A stretch of 64,000 nt of DNA from Thermoplasmata archaeon (lineage in GTDB: Archaea; Thermoplasmatota; Thermoplasmata; Halarchaeoplasmatales; Halarchaeoplasmataceae): positions 76-64,075 of the forward strand of contig JAWOAU010000059.1 in NCBI GenBank assembly GCA_046498385.1, in the 5' to 3' direction. Positions 29,693 to 40,300 of the stretch are shown here, in pieces. A program made the position numbers and the translations under genes. Numbering within the stretch: the stretch's first letter is position 1; every line of letters begins with the position of its first letter. The notes beneath the pieces were generated by a model. That model saw only the letters and a program-made list of their open reading frames with translations. It made no database searches and was not told the DNA's origin.

Positions 29693-30751
29693 ATGCCAGC
29701 CACATTCAAATATTTCTTATTAAGATCTGCAAACGCCTTAATCGTGTTGATTGTAGTGGTGTTCATAATCTCTTTGCTTTTTAATGCCCTTTCGTCGGAG
29801 ATGGTAGAACAATTGATAGCTGAACGGATGCAGGCATATTCGATGCGGCTCTCTGACGAGCTCACAGAAGAGCAAAGAAGACAGGCAATGGATAATCACG
29901 AAGAATATCTAAGAGATTTTTACGGCACCGAGGACCCGTTTTATGTTAGGGTGACTAGAACTACTAAAGATACTTTAAGTTTTAATTTAGGTACAAGCCA
30001 CACAGATTATTATTACGGGGCGGAAGATGGCCGAGTGACCACTATAATCATGCATTATCTGCCAAGGACTATCTTATTGTTTTCCTCCGCGGCGATAACT
30101 TATATTATTCTCGGGATTGCGATCGGACTCAAAACCGCACAAGTTGCGGGATCTAAAATAGATAAGTTTGTATCTATATTTGGTATAGTCACCAGCAGTA
30201 TGCCTATGTGGTGGGTAGGTATGTTAGTAATATTGATATTCGCCTATGAGCTTGGCTGGTTCCCTGCCTCTTCTTTACCCTTCCCGGACAGTACCGGTTT
30301 GGCGTACTATAAAGGTGTGATGCATAGGATGGCCATGCCTTTAGGCACGATCGTCTTCGTTGCATTCGGTGCACGTGCATGGACTACTAGAAACATGGTA
30401 ACCTCTGTTTTACAGGATGATTATATCATGGCTGCTAGAGCAAAAGGGGTTCCGGAAAATCGTGTCATCTACGGTCACACATTGAAGACCGCGTCCCCTC
30501 CGATCATAACCAGTGCCATTCTGGCTTTCTTATTATCTATCGGTGGAGCAATGATCACTGAAGTAATTTTTAACTGGCCTGGTATGGGATTCCTTTTGAG
30601 AGCGGCCATATTCCAGAATTCGGACTTGCCGGTTATTATGGGTATTGTCTTTATAACAACTGTGCTGTGGGTAGTTGGATATTTAATTGCGGACTTACTG
30701 TATGGATATCTGGATCCCAGAGTTGAAGTTGGAGCTGAGAAAAGAGTGTAA
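29693..30751 (+). CDS. oppB: Oligopeptide/dipeptide ABC transporter permease (OppB/DppB type)
   Basis: BPD_transp_1 signature (EAA-like loop: MAARAKGVPENRVIYGHTLKTA). 6 TM. Long periplasmic loop after TM1, typical of OppB. Confidence 0.85.
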   Translation: MPATFKYFLLRSANALIVLIVVVFIISLLFNALSSEMVEQLIAERMQAYSMRLSDELTEEQRRQAMDNHEEYLRDFYGTEDPFYVRVTRTTKDTLSFNLGTSHTDYYYGAEDGRVTTIIMHYLPRTILLFSSAAITYIILGIAIGLKTAQVAGSKIDKFVSIFGIVTSSMPMWWVGMLVILIFAYELGWFPASSLPFPDSTGLAYYKGVMHRMAMPLGTIVFVAFGARAWTTRNMVTSVLQDDYIMAARAKGVPENRVIYGHTLKTASPPIITSAILAFLLSIGGAMITEVIFNWPGMGFLLRAAIFQNSDLPVIMGIVFITTVLWVVGYLIADLLYGYLDPRVEVGAEKRV

Positions 30752-30762
30752 GGTGATTTCAA

Positions 30763-33700
30763 ATGAGACTTGAGGATATCAAGGAAAGAACATTTAGCAT
30801 CGCAAAAGAATTTAGAGGACAAAAGATGGGGGTGCTGGGAGTTAGCATAATCCTGTTCATGTTGATCCTTGCAATATTTGCTCCTATTTTAGCCCCGGGT
30901 GTTGGTGGGGAATGGAATAGTATAACTCGCTGGGAAGACAATCCGAGAGCCGCTCAGCCGGCCTGGGTTGATTATATACTTCCCGGTTCAAGAGCATCTC
31001 ACGAGATAATGGAGGACCCGGATGAATTCGATGAAGACCGGATGGAGTTGACGTATAATTACCAAAATGATTATGACTACCCTCCATCTGATGTAAGTGT
31101 TAGTGTGGCAGGGCAAAGCAACCGCCCGACAGTATATGTTTGGTTGACATTTGCTCGCCCTGACGGTAGGGAAATAGCTTTTGCTAGCGGGGAACGTGTA
31201 TCTGTTTTTCAGGAGTTACAATTTGTAGAACGCGGTGATGAAGTATTTGATTTCGGACTTGACGAGTTTGCCGTGGAGAGTTATATGAGGGTTGGTACCG
31301 TTTCAGACTCTCTAAGAGAGGCATTTTTGAGGTATGGGATAGAGTTGGATCAAGATGCCGTTGTGGAAAAAACTGATAACGGCTGGGAGGTCAAAAACGG
31401 CATATATTCTTATACTGTTTTAGATACTGGAGAAGAAGGCCTGTATCTCGATGTGTCTCCCGAGATGGCAGATACTTTTCAGCTAGATCCTGAGCTAGAA
31501 CAAGATTTGAACCCCGATTATATACATGATAATATCAGTGCTGCCTTTGAGGAAGTAAATTCAGATTTATCAGATTATGCGACCATCAGTTCTACTGCTG
31601 ATGGTTGGTTGATAGAAGATGGTATATTTTCCTTTAATATCGACGATAATCTGGTAGTTAGTATTGGAGTGAGTATCGGTGAACTCTTTGAGTTCGATAT
31701 GGCTGATGTTTTGTATCGGTTGTATTTCGACGAAGTAGGTGATGACCTTAGAGTAGCCTTCTCACACAACGACTTTTCCCTTTCCACTCATGCGACTATA
31801 TCTGATTTAGATACGGGGTGGTTTGTTGAAGATGGTATATACGAATTTACTATAACCGAGGATGACGAAATAGAGTATGGTATGAAGGTGGATGTGGAAT
31901 TAAAAGAAGGAGAATTATTCACATTAGATCCAGACATTGAAGAGTACCTTGAAGAAGGTCCAGTTGATAACAATGTAATTCAAGCTTTTGATGATAATGG
32001 GATCATTCTAGGTCGGAATGCTATAGTTAATGAAACCACCGGCGGCTGGGTGATCCAGGACGGCACGTATTTATTTGAGATAGATGGTGATCTAACGGTT
32101 CAAGCAAGAATGCATTCCTTTGAATTGGATGTTGAGTTAACTGAGATGGTGGAGTCTGTCGACACTACACTGCACGACAACGTGACAGAAGCCTTTGATG
32201 ATAATGGGATCTCGCTATCTAGTGACGCTAAAGATAAAGGACTAACAGAACTTGATGAGGGTTGGGAATTACAGGATGGAAAATATACCTTCACCATAGA
32301 TACTGATTTGAATGTTGAAATCGATATAAAGGACTCCTTTGTATTTATATTAGATGAAGAAAAGGGCCTTGAGGCGGCCTTTTCTGAAAATCAATATACT
32401 CTGTCTCGGCGGGCGGCGATAACCGAATCGGACGATGCAGCATGGATGATCGAAGACAGGGTATTCAATTATACAGTAGCTCATTTAGAGAACGATTTAT
32501 ACTCCGTTCAATTGAGTATGAGAGACATGTTCCAGTTTGATTTAGACTACAAAATTTTCCTTGAGGAAGGTACCGTTAGACCTTCTTTGATCGATTTGTT
32601 TGATGAGAACGGGATCACTCTTTCAGATACCGCGGAGATAGTAGGTCAAGATGAAGATGGGTTGATTTGGCATATCAAGGAAGGTGAAGAGAGGTACTAT
32701 GTCGAGGACCTCGGGAACCTGGTTGCTCAGGTGTATTATCTTAACCCCGAAGAGTATGTTTTTATAGGTGACATAGGTGATAGAAGTACGGCCACCGATG
32801 GCCTGATAGATATCTTTACAGAACAGGGATTGGTTATCGATAGCGATACAATGCTTCGACAGTGGGATACTCATGCTACAGAATGGTGGATAGAACATCC
32901 TACCGGATTCATGGCAAAGATAGAAAACGATGGTATGAATATATATGCACTAACCGAATTCGTATATTCTTTTACTATACGTTCTAAGGCGGGAAGAGAA
33001 TCCGTTTATAACTTTGGTTTGGACTATCATGATGAAAACGAAGACATACCTATGCAGGGACAGATTAACTCTCAGGATATCCCCTTCGCTAACGCTGAAG
33101 ATGGCAATATTTTGTTGAACCCCCAGTCTCTGAAAGGCGAATATACCCTAACGGTTAGAACCGCTTATGCATCATCTTTTGACGATGAAACAACCAGAGT
33201 GATATTTAGAGGTCGGAAGTATGGTTTAATGGGCACGGACACGTCTAGACGTGACATTGCTTTAGGTTGGGTGTGGGGTGCCAGGTGGGCTTTAATGATC
33301 GGGGCCATCATCTCCATAACCACGGTCACCCTTGGTCTATTATATGGTATGACCAGTGCATATTATGGTGGATGGGTGGATGAGTTCATGCAAAGGCTAA
33401 ACGAGGTTTTGATAGGTATTCCTATGTTCCCTATCCTCATAATCACCATGTTCATCATGGGTAGATCCATATGGATATTCGTTGGCCTTTACACTCTATT
33501 AGGTTGGCGTGGATTAGCGAAAATTATTCGGTCGCGAGGTATTCAAATACGTCAGGATACATACATAGAAGCGGCACAATCATTAGGCTCCAGCGGTGGT
33601 CGTATTATCACCAAACACATGATACCCCAGCTGTTACCATACGGCATCGCGGAAGGGGCGTTGTTGATTCCCCTGGTCATCATCGCTGAGGCGGGCCTTA

Positions 33701-33900
33701 GTGTTCTGGGCTTAGGTGATCCAAACGTGGTCACATGGGGCCGTATGCTTTCACAGGCCCATAGTGGAGCGGCAACCACTCAGGGACTGTGGTGGTGGGT
33801 ACTCTTACCAGGACTGGGCATAACTCTTGTGGGTTTCGGATTTATAGCTACGGGGATGGCTTTAGAACGTGTTATTAATCCTAAGATGAGACAGAGGTAA
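30763..33900 (+). CDS. oppC: Oligopeptide ABC transporter permease (OppC/DppC type) with an acidic repeat-containing extracytoplasmic insert of about 780 aa after TM1
   Basis: N-terminal OppC signature (LGVSIILFMLILAIFAPILAPG). Conserved C-terminal permease core (residues about 835-1045, EAA region IRSRGIQIRQDTYIEAAQSLGSSGGRIITKHMIP). The insert holds at least 8 repeats of about 45 aa (F.[DE]NGI.LS.....[VI]......GW.[IV]EDG.Y.F.ID.DL.V). Confidence 0.8.
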   Translation: MRLEDIKERTFSIAKEFRGQKMGVLGVSIILFMLILAIFAPILAPGVGGEWNSITRWEDNPRAAQPAWVDYILPGSRASHEIMEDPDEFDEDRMELTYNYQNDYDYPPSDVSVSVAGQSNRPTVYVWLTFARPDGREIAFASGERVSVFQELQFVERGDEVFDFGLDEFAVESYMRVGTVSDSLREAFLRYGIELDQDAVVEKTDNGWEVKNGIYSYTVLDTGEEGLYLDVSPEMADTFQLDPELEQDLNPDYIHDNISAAFEEVNSDLSDYATISSTADGWLIEDGIFSFNIDDNLVVSIGVSIGELFEFDMADVLYRLYFDEVGDDLRVAFSHNDFSLSTHATISDLDTGWFVEDGIYEFTITEDDEIEYGMKVDVELKEGELFTLDPDIEEYLEEGPVDNNVIQAFDDNGIILGRNAIVNETTGGWVIQDGTYLFEIDGDLTVQARMHSFELDVELTEMVESVDTTLHDNVTEAFDDNGISLSSDAKDKGLTELDEGWELQDGKYTFTIDTDLNVEIDIKDSFVFILDEEKGLEAAFSENQYTLSRRAAITESDDAAWMIEDRVFNYTVAHLENDLYSVQLSMRDMFQFDLDYKIFLEEGTVRPSLIDLFDENGITLSDTAEIVGQDEDGLIWHIKEGEERYYVEDLGNLVAQVYYLNPEEYVFIGDIGDRSTATDGLIDIFTEQGLVIDSDTMLRQWDTHATEWWIEHPTGFMAKIENDGMNIYALTEFVYSFTIRSKAGRESVYNFGLDYHDENEDIPMQGQINSQDIPFANAEDGNILLNPQSLKGEYTLTVRTAYASSFDDETTRVIFRGRKYGLMGTDTSRRDIALGWVWGARWALMIGAIISITTVTLGLLYGMTSAYYGGWVDEFMQRLNEVLIGIPMFPILIITMFIMGRSIWIFVGLYTLLGWRGLAKIIRSRGIQIRQDTYIEAAQSLGSSGGRIITKHMIPQLLPYGIAEGALLIPLVIIAEAGLSVLGLGDPNVVTWGRMLSQAHSGAATTQGLWWWVLLPGLGITLVGFGFIATGMALERVINPKMRQR

Positions 33901-33904
33901 TCTG

Positions 33905-34876
33905 ATGACAGAAAAAACGATACTCAATGTAAAAGACCTGAGCACACATTACTTTACCAGTAAAGGTGTTGTAAAGGCCCTTGATGACGCTAGTTTTAAG
34001 CTTAAAGGCGGCCAATCTATAGGTATAGCCGGCGAAAGTGGGTGCGGTAAAAGTACAATGGCCTACTCTCTTTTGAAAATGGTTCAGCCCCCTGGAAGAA
34101 TAGTTAAAGGCAGTATAGACTTAAAGGGACTTGAGATAACAAATCTCTCTGAAAGGGATGCACGGAGAAAATTACGGTGGCAGAAGATATCAATGGTTTT
34201 CCAGGGTGCCATGGATATAATGACCCCTGTTTACAGTGTTGGATATCAGATGAAGGAACCTTTAAGATACCACAAAGATATCAGTGGCACTGCCGCCGAT
34301 GAGATATGTATGAGGTATCTTGACATGGTCGATCTAGATACTGAACTGTTCTATCGTTATCCTCATGAGTTAAGCGGTGGTCAAAAGCAAAGAATAATCA
34401 TCGCTACCGCTCTTTTACTGGAACCCGATGTGGTGATATTGGATGAACCCACTACCGCTTTAGACGTGGTGGTAGAAGCAAGGATAATGAACGACCTTAA
34501 ACGTCTGAAAAAGGAATTAAATAACGGGATGATCTTCATAACTCACGATTTGAGTATATTGGCTGAGATATCGGATAATTTAGCCATAATGTATGCAGGA
34601 TGGATAGTTGAACTAGGGAAAGCTACCCAGATATATAAGAATCCAAAACACCCATACACACAGAAGCTAATAGCTGCAATTCCCAGGTTACATAAAGATA
34701 TTGATAGGTTAGAATACATACCTGGAGCTCCACCGGAATTGACCAATCCACCCAAGGGTTGTCGATTCCACCCCCGCTGTGAGCAAGCCTTTGAAAAATG
34801 TACTAGGGTTGAACCCAAAGCATACGATGTGGATGGTGTAAGAGTTAAATGTCACCTGTACGAGGAGGGTCAATAA
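33905..34876 (+). CDS. oppD: Oligopeptide ABC transporter ATP-binding protein (OppD type)
   Basis: Walker A GESGCGKST, signature LSGGQKQR, Walker B ILDEPTTALD, C-terminal oligopeptide-ABC Cys cluster (CRFHPRCEQAFEKC). Confidence 0.9.
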   Translation: MTEKTILNVKDLSTHYFTSKGVVKALDDASFKLKGGQSIGIAGESGCGKSTMAYSLLKMVQPPGRIVKGSIDLKGLEITNLSERDARRKLRWQKISMVFQGAMDIMTPVYSVGYQMKEPLRYHKDISGTAADEICMRYLDMVDLDTELFYRYPHELSGGQKQRIIIATALLLEPDVVILDEPTTALDVVVEARIMNDLKRLKKELNNGMIFITHDLSILAEISDNLAIMYAGWIVELGKATQIYKNPKHPYTQKLIAAIPRLHKDIDRLEYIPGAPPELTNPPKGCRFHPRCEQAFEKCTRVEPKAYDVDGVRVKCHLYEEGQ

Positions 34877-35973
34877 TGCCTAAGACTATAGTAAAAGCTA
34901 GGAATCTTCGGAAGGAATTCGAGATAGGTCAAACTTTCATGCAGAAGGTGCGCAAAAAGCCGAAACTAAAGGTTAAAGCTGTGGATGGAATCGATTTTGA
35001 GATATATGATAAAAAGGCCATGGCATTTGTCGGTGAATCAGGGTGTGGAAAAACCACCGTAGGCAAGCTTGTGATGAAGCTATTAGATGCTACGTCTGGA
35101 AATCTTTACGTAAAGGGACAGGATATCACTAAAATCGATGACGCTCGTAAACTCAAGGCCTACAGACGCATGGCACAAATGATATATCAAGATCCCTTTT
35201 CATCCCTTGATCCTCGATACAAGGTATTCGATATACTTGAAGAACCGCTTTTGATACATGATATCGGTTCCAGCATAGCTGAAAGGAGAGCTATGATAGA
35301 GAAGGTTCTTGAGGACGTACGATTGACCCCTCCAGAAGAGTTCTTAGACCGTTATCCCCATATGTTGTCCGGAGGTCAAAGGCAGAGAATCGCTATTGCG
35401 AGATGTTTGATACTTAATCCGGACTTTATTGTTGCGGATGAACCGGTATCCATGCTTGACGTTTCGGTACGGGCTGAGCTGTTGAACTTAATGAAGGACC
35501 TTATCGAGGTACAGGATTTAACATATTTGTATATAACACACGATATCTCTACCACTCGATTCTTCACGGACTACATCGGTGTGATGTATCTTGGAGATTT
35601 GGTGGAGCAGGGCCCGGTAGGAGAGGTTTTGGATAAACCCATGCATCCTTATACTCAGGCATTGTTAGCAGCTGTGCCGGAACCGGAACCAGATCGGTTG
35701 GATAGGATCAAGGAGATCCCGATTAAAGGTGAAATCCCCTCAGGTACTAACGTACCTAGCGGATGCAGATTCCACCCCAGGTGTCCTCACTGTAAGGACA
35801 TTTGTAAAGAACAGACTCCACCATCGAAGGAGCCCGATAAGAAGGGGCACATAGTCAAATGTCACTTTGCAGGTGAAATTGAATTCAAGCTGAAGGTAGC
35901 AAAACTCAGTAAAGACGGCAAGGTCGAAAAGGTAGAGGAGATCACGAGGGACATCGTTGTAGATTCATCGTAA
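34876..35973 (+). CDS. oppF: Oligopeptide ABC transporter ATP-binding protein (OppF type)
   Basis: Walker A GESGCGKTT, LSGGQRQR, IVADEPVSMLD, C-terminal CRFHPRCPHC. Start chosen at MPKTIV (GGAGGG Shine-Dalgarno; ATG overlaps the oppD stop). The ORF track begins 27 nt earlier. Confidence 0.85.
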   Translation: MPKTIVKARNLRKEFEIGQTFMQKVRKKPKLKVKAVDGIDFEIYDKKAMAFVGESGCGKTTVGKLVMKLLDATSGNLYVKGQDITKIDDARKLKAYRRMAQMIYQDPFSSLDPRYKVFDILEEPLLIHDIGSSIAERRAMIEKVLEDVRLTPPEEFLDRYPHMLSGGQRQRIAIARCLILNPDFIVADEPVSMLDVSVRAELLNLMKDLIEVQDLTYLYITHDISTTRFFTDYIGVMYLGDLVEQGPVGEVLDKPMHPYTQALLAAVPEPEPDRLDRIKEIPIKGEIPSGTNVPSGCRFHPRCPHCKDICKEQTPPSKEPDKKGHIVKCHFAGEIEFKLKVAKLSKDGKVEKVEEITRDIVVDSS

Positions 35974-36021
35974 GACCTCCTCATCCAAAGGTCTTTTATA
36001 GGTTGTAATACACCTGTATTA

Positions 36022-36621
36022 TTGATTAGATTCATGAACGACGATAAGAAAGCAAAGCCCAACACGTGGAAATATCTTATACATACTCCCAAGTTTTGGT
36101 ATGGTTTTTTAGCGATGTTACTTGCGGTTTTACTTTCTTTTGCATCTATTTATCCTACCATTGAAACCCGGACGGTAGCTCAAGAATGGGAAAGGACCGA
36201 CGGTGATGATATGGCCGATAACTCCTTCAAGCTTTTTAGACCTTCTGAAATCGTAGGAAATAATTTATATCTATTTTATGAGGGCGATGACTCTATCAAT
36301 ATTACGATATACGATAGTAATTGGGAACATTTGGATGATGAAGAGCTAACTTCTACGAACAACGAATACGAGGAAGAAATAGGCCGTGATGCCAGTTGGC
36401 TGATATTCGAAAATTTTGATCAAGGAAAACTCCAGATGGAGCATATGGTTGAATATCGGGCCCAGAAATATTCCTTTTTAGCCGTCATTGCATTGTTAAT
36501 GACTTTAGTTGGGATGTATTTAATTTCCAAAGGGTATCAGACCGCATTAGATCGGATGGTGGAGGATTTACGGTATACAGATGTCGATGATGGATACACG
36601 CCTCCACATGGAGATAAGTGA
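36022..36621 (+). CDS. Hypothetical membrane protein (2 TM) with acidic extracytoplasmic domain
   Basis: TM at residues about 25-45 and 150-170. No family recognised. Confidence 0.4.
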   Translation: MIRFMNDDKKAKPNTWKYLIHTPKFWYGFLAMLLAVLLSFASIYPTIETRTVAQEWERTDGDDMADNSFKLFRPSEIVGNNLYLFYEGDDSINITIYDSNWEHLDDEELTSTNNEYEEEIGRDASWLIFENFDQGKLQMEHMVEYRAQKYSFLAVIALLMTLVGMYLISKGYQTALDRMVEDLRYTDVDDGYTPPHGDK

Positions 36622-36628
36622 TTAGAAT

Positions 36629-37072
36629 ATGAAAGCAAAAGATAGATTGGATGGAATGACTGTATTCTTTAGTCACCCTCCATTCACCTTTCGTACGTCT
36701 ACTGAACGCTACTGTATATCTATCCTTGATAAGCTCAATGTAAAGAAAGTAATAAACCCGATAGATTACGGCCTTAAGGACGATATGAGGGCGTTGGTCA
36801 GGAAATCGGATGCGGTCATAGGGATGAGTGTTAATAGTAAACTAACCTTCTTGGTATGGAATGAGATGAAGTATGCGGAGAAGCATGGGAAAGAGATATT
36901 CACTATGATGGTAGAAAGCAAGGATGATATAGGACCTTTAATTGAAGGTATACCTGATAATGTCAAAAAACTATCCCTAGACGAATCCAAGATATTTACG
37001 TCCGAGATCCTTTCAGAACACCGAGAAACATTTTTCAGTTTAATCATAGGTAACTGGGGTAGAAGATTTTAG
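36629..37072 (+). CDS. Hypothetical protein, possibly TIR-like/flavodoxin-fold (DUF1863-like)
   Basis: The pattern VFFSHP...E...I...L, then D...LVRKSDAVIGMSVNSKLTFLVWNEMKYAEKHGKEIF, resembles MTH538-type TIR-like domains. This is weak pattern-level evidence only. Confidence 0.35.
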   Translation: MKAKDRLDGMTVFFSHPPFTFRTSTERYCISILDKLNVKKVINPIDYGLKDDMRALVRKSDAVIGMSVNSKLTFLVWNEMKYAEKHGKEIFTMMVESKDDIGPLIEGIPDNVKKLSLDESKIFTSEILSEHRETFFSLIIGNWGRRF

Positions 37073-37278
37073 GTAGGGACACAGAATGGCTTCAAAAAAA
37101 ATCACCTTTGGAGGCTGTCCGAGAAATACAAAAATAGGAGAAAAGACTCTATCGATTGATTGATATCTCTCAATACCCCTGTCTAAGGAATATAAAAACC
37201 TATCTATAGGGTGGAAAAATAATACTCGGACAGGCCCTTTGCTAAAAAATAATCTAGTCAAGGTGTAATTGTAGTTAT

Positions 37279-37305
37279 GAAAAATAAAAAAAGAAAGGGG
37301 GTTTT
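37279..37305 (-). terminator. T-rich tract (minus strand CCCCCTTTCTTTTTTTATTTTTC) immediately 3' of the surface-protein gene
   Basis: Oligo-T archaeal-type terminator sequence read directly. Confidence 0.4.
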
Positions 37306-37313
37306 AGAGAGGT

Positions 37314-40300
37314 TTAAAATTCCTCTTCTTCCTCGAAGAGTTCTTCCTCTTCTTCCTCGAAGAGTTCTTCTTCCTCTTCTTCTTCGAACAGGTCCTCCTC
37401 TTCTTCCTCGAAGAGTTCTTCTTCCTTTTCTTCCTCGAAGAGTTCTTCTTCCTCTTCTTCTTCGAACAGGTCCTCTTCTTCCTCGAAGAGTTCTTCTTCC
37501 TCTGGACCGGCTGCCGGTTTCTTCTTCATCATCACAACTACAATTATGATGATTATGATGATGATCAGCACCACAGCTCCGATACCGCCGAACGGTAGGA
37601 CACCGCCTTCTTCTTCACCAATATCTTCGTATTGTAATGCACCTGACAGTGTTCCTGTGAATGTACCTGTCTCGTCTCCGTCCAAGTCGTCGTGGGATAC
37701 TGCGTACGTGAATGTCATCTCGTCAGGGTTTCCTTCAAGTTCTACCGTGAAGGTTGCTTTACCGCTTGAATCGGTTGTACTCGTCTCCTCTTCGCCATTC
37801 CAGGAAAGGGTCACCGTTGCGTCGTTTACCGCTTCACGGTTTACATCTCTGATGGGGCCGACAGTTATGGTATATTCCTTAACAGGTGGTTCCGGTTCTT
37901 CTCCGATATCCAATTGGAAGGCATCCGATCGGGATCCTGTGAATTGTCCCTCGTAGTCTTCTTCAAGGTCTTGGTGCGATACAGTGAAGGTGAAGCTCGC
38001 TTCTGCAGGATCGAACTCTACTTCGAAGTCTGCTATACCGTCTGAATCAGTATAGCTTGTACCTATCTCATCTCCATCAAGAGATAAACTTACCATAGCA
38101 CCTTCTACCGGATCGTAGCTGATATCAACGGCTGGTCCTACCTGGACAGTCTGTGGTTCGCCGACAAGTAATTTTATTGCCCCGCTTTCAGGTCCCTCGA
38201 AGAATACCTCCTGCGGTTCCACAAGCTCGTCGTGATCAATGGTTAGTCCAAACTGGGTATCTCCCTGAACCTGGAAATTAGCATAGAAACTAGCCATGCC
38301 GTTCGTGTCCGTAGTGAGGGTCGCTATGTTTGCACCAGTTGATATTCGTTCAACCTGTATTGGAACTCCTTCGAGAGGTCTCTCTCCGATATCGTGTACC
38401 GGACCTATAGTTATCTCTGGCTTTTCCAGTAGCGTTAGTGATATATCGTCTTCACCATCTGTACTGATCGCCCTACCGATATAGTCTTGGTGACTGATCG
38501 TCACGGCGACTTGGCTATATGGGAAAGCAATCTTAGGCACGTTGACTGTACCCATGCTGTCTGTGTAATAAATCCATGTCCTGACATCTGGGTCTCCAAT
38601 CTGTATCTTGACACCTTCGATAGGATTCTGCCCTTCATCAACGGTTTCTATATTGTATGAGGAATACACATAGATATCCCGATTCATCGTTAGGCGTATC
38701 GCATCACTAGTCCAATCATCTTCATCGGTGATACTAATACTGAACTCTACACCTGTGGGTTGGAAGCTGATCACACTGAATTCCGCAAGACCATCTTCGT
38801 CGGTCATAGCAACACCTGTGAAGTTCATGTCCTCATATTCGGCTCTAACACGGTAGTTTTCCAGTGGATTTCCCTGTGTATCTAAAACCGGGCCTATCGT
38901 GAAGACAATATCCTCGTAGTATATCGCTTCAGAAATTATACCCGTGAATTCCGCAGTCTTTGTATAGAAATCCTCATGGGTTATTGTAACACTGAAATCA
39001 GTCTCATAGGGGCTAAAGTCAACGTTGAAGTGGAAATATCCATCGTCGTCCGTAGTACCTACTGTTGAGTCTGTTTCTCCGCCGTATTTCCAGGAGATTT
39101 CTAAATCCGCTCCTTCGATCGGTATCTCCGTATCGGCATCGGCCATGTAGAGAACCGGGCCGACTTCAACGGTCCATTCCGTACGATGTTCCATATATAT
39201 CGTGTACTCCTCACCGACAAATTCACCAGTTTGCAGGTAGTAGTCTCGATGAGTTGCGGAGTAAGTAAATTCTGCTTCAGGCAGGTTTATGGGTGCCGTA
39301 TGTATGTAATATATCTCACCGTCTTCTCCGGTTTCATTGCTATAACTCCATGGTATATCGAGTGTATTCAGTGTTATCTCGGCCCCCTCTATCGGGCTAT
39401 CATCTGCTTGGTCGAGCACCGTTACGGTGAGTGGTGAAAGGGTAAACGGTACAGGGTCACCATAGAATGTATCCTCTGTACCTTCAAATTCGAAGTCGAG
39501 GACTGCTCGGTATTCGTAAATTTGATAGTAATCTAGACCGGTCAGCGTGTAGTTTGCTTCACCAGAGTCGTAATACGTTTCTTGACCTACTGGCCCATCC
39601 CATACTCCTGCGCCCAATTCTCGGTATTCAAAGGATACCTCGACTTCGTCCATTATACTTATTTTGTGTTCGGCGTTCAACTGTACGGAGTCTGGAGTGG
39701 GGTCAGATACGGTTGTTGTGGTGATCGATGGGACATACTGGAGTATGCATGCCTCCATCATAAAGGTGAAGTCAAAACCAAAGTCTTGAAGAGTACTCCA
39801 ATTTTTATCGTCGAAACTGAGGTAACCACCATGTTCTACATAACCATTAACCATGGGTGCGCAATACTGTGATGGCTCTTGTTGTTCAATTTCAACTACC
39901 ATCGCATATACTGTATTTTCATCTATCTCGATAGCTTCTTCGAATTCTAACTCAACCCATCCTTGGGCTTCCTCGGCGGGTTCAAAGGATATATTGCCTA
40001 TCTCCGTGCCGCTAACACCGCCTTCTCGGATGCGTGCAGTCATGGGAACCGCAACACGATCATAAACAGCGACCTTCTGTATCTGTCCAGGGAAATCGAA
40101 GGGATCAAGAGTCATTGCAAACCACCAAATTGCAGGTTCCTCTAGTCCTAAAGCGTCGTCATCATCGGGTCGATGGGGTGCATCGTATCGGTAGTACCAA
40201 TCTCCCGGAGGTAATTCATCTTCTAAGAGATCCAACTCCGCACTCTCGCTCGTTGAGACAGTCTGACTTATTGTTTCAATATCTGAACCCTGTGCTGAGG

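Noticed and set aside
37277-37549. Plus-strand ORF (90 aa, PLLPRRVL repeats), and further plus-strand ORFs at 37546-40303, inside the surface-protein gene
   Set aside because: They are antisense readings of the E/LF repeat and of a well-supported 1027-aa minus-strand gene. Low-complexity translations with no start context.
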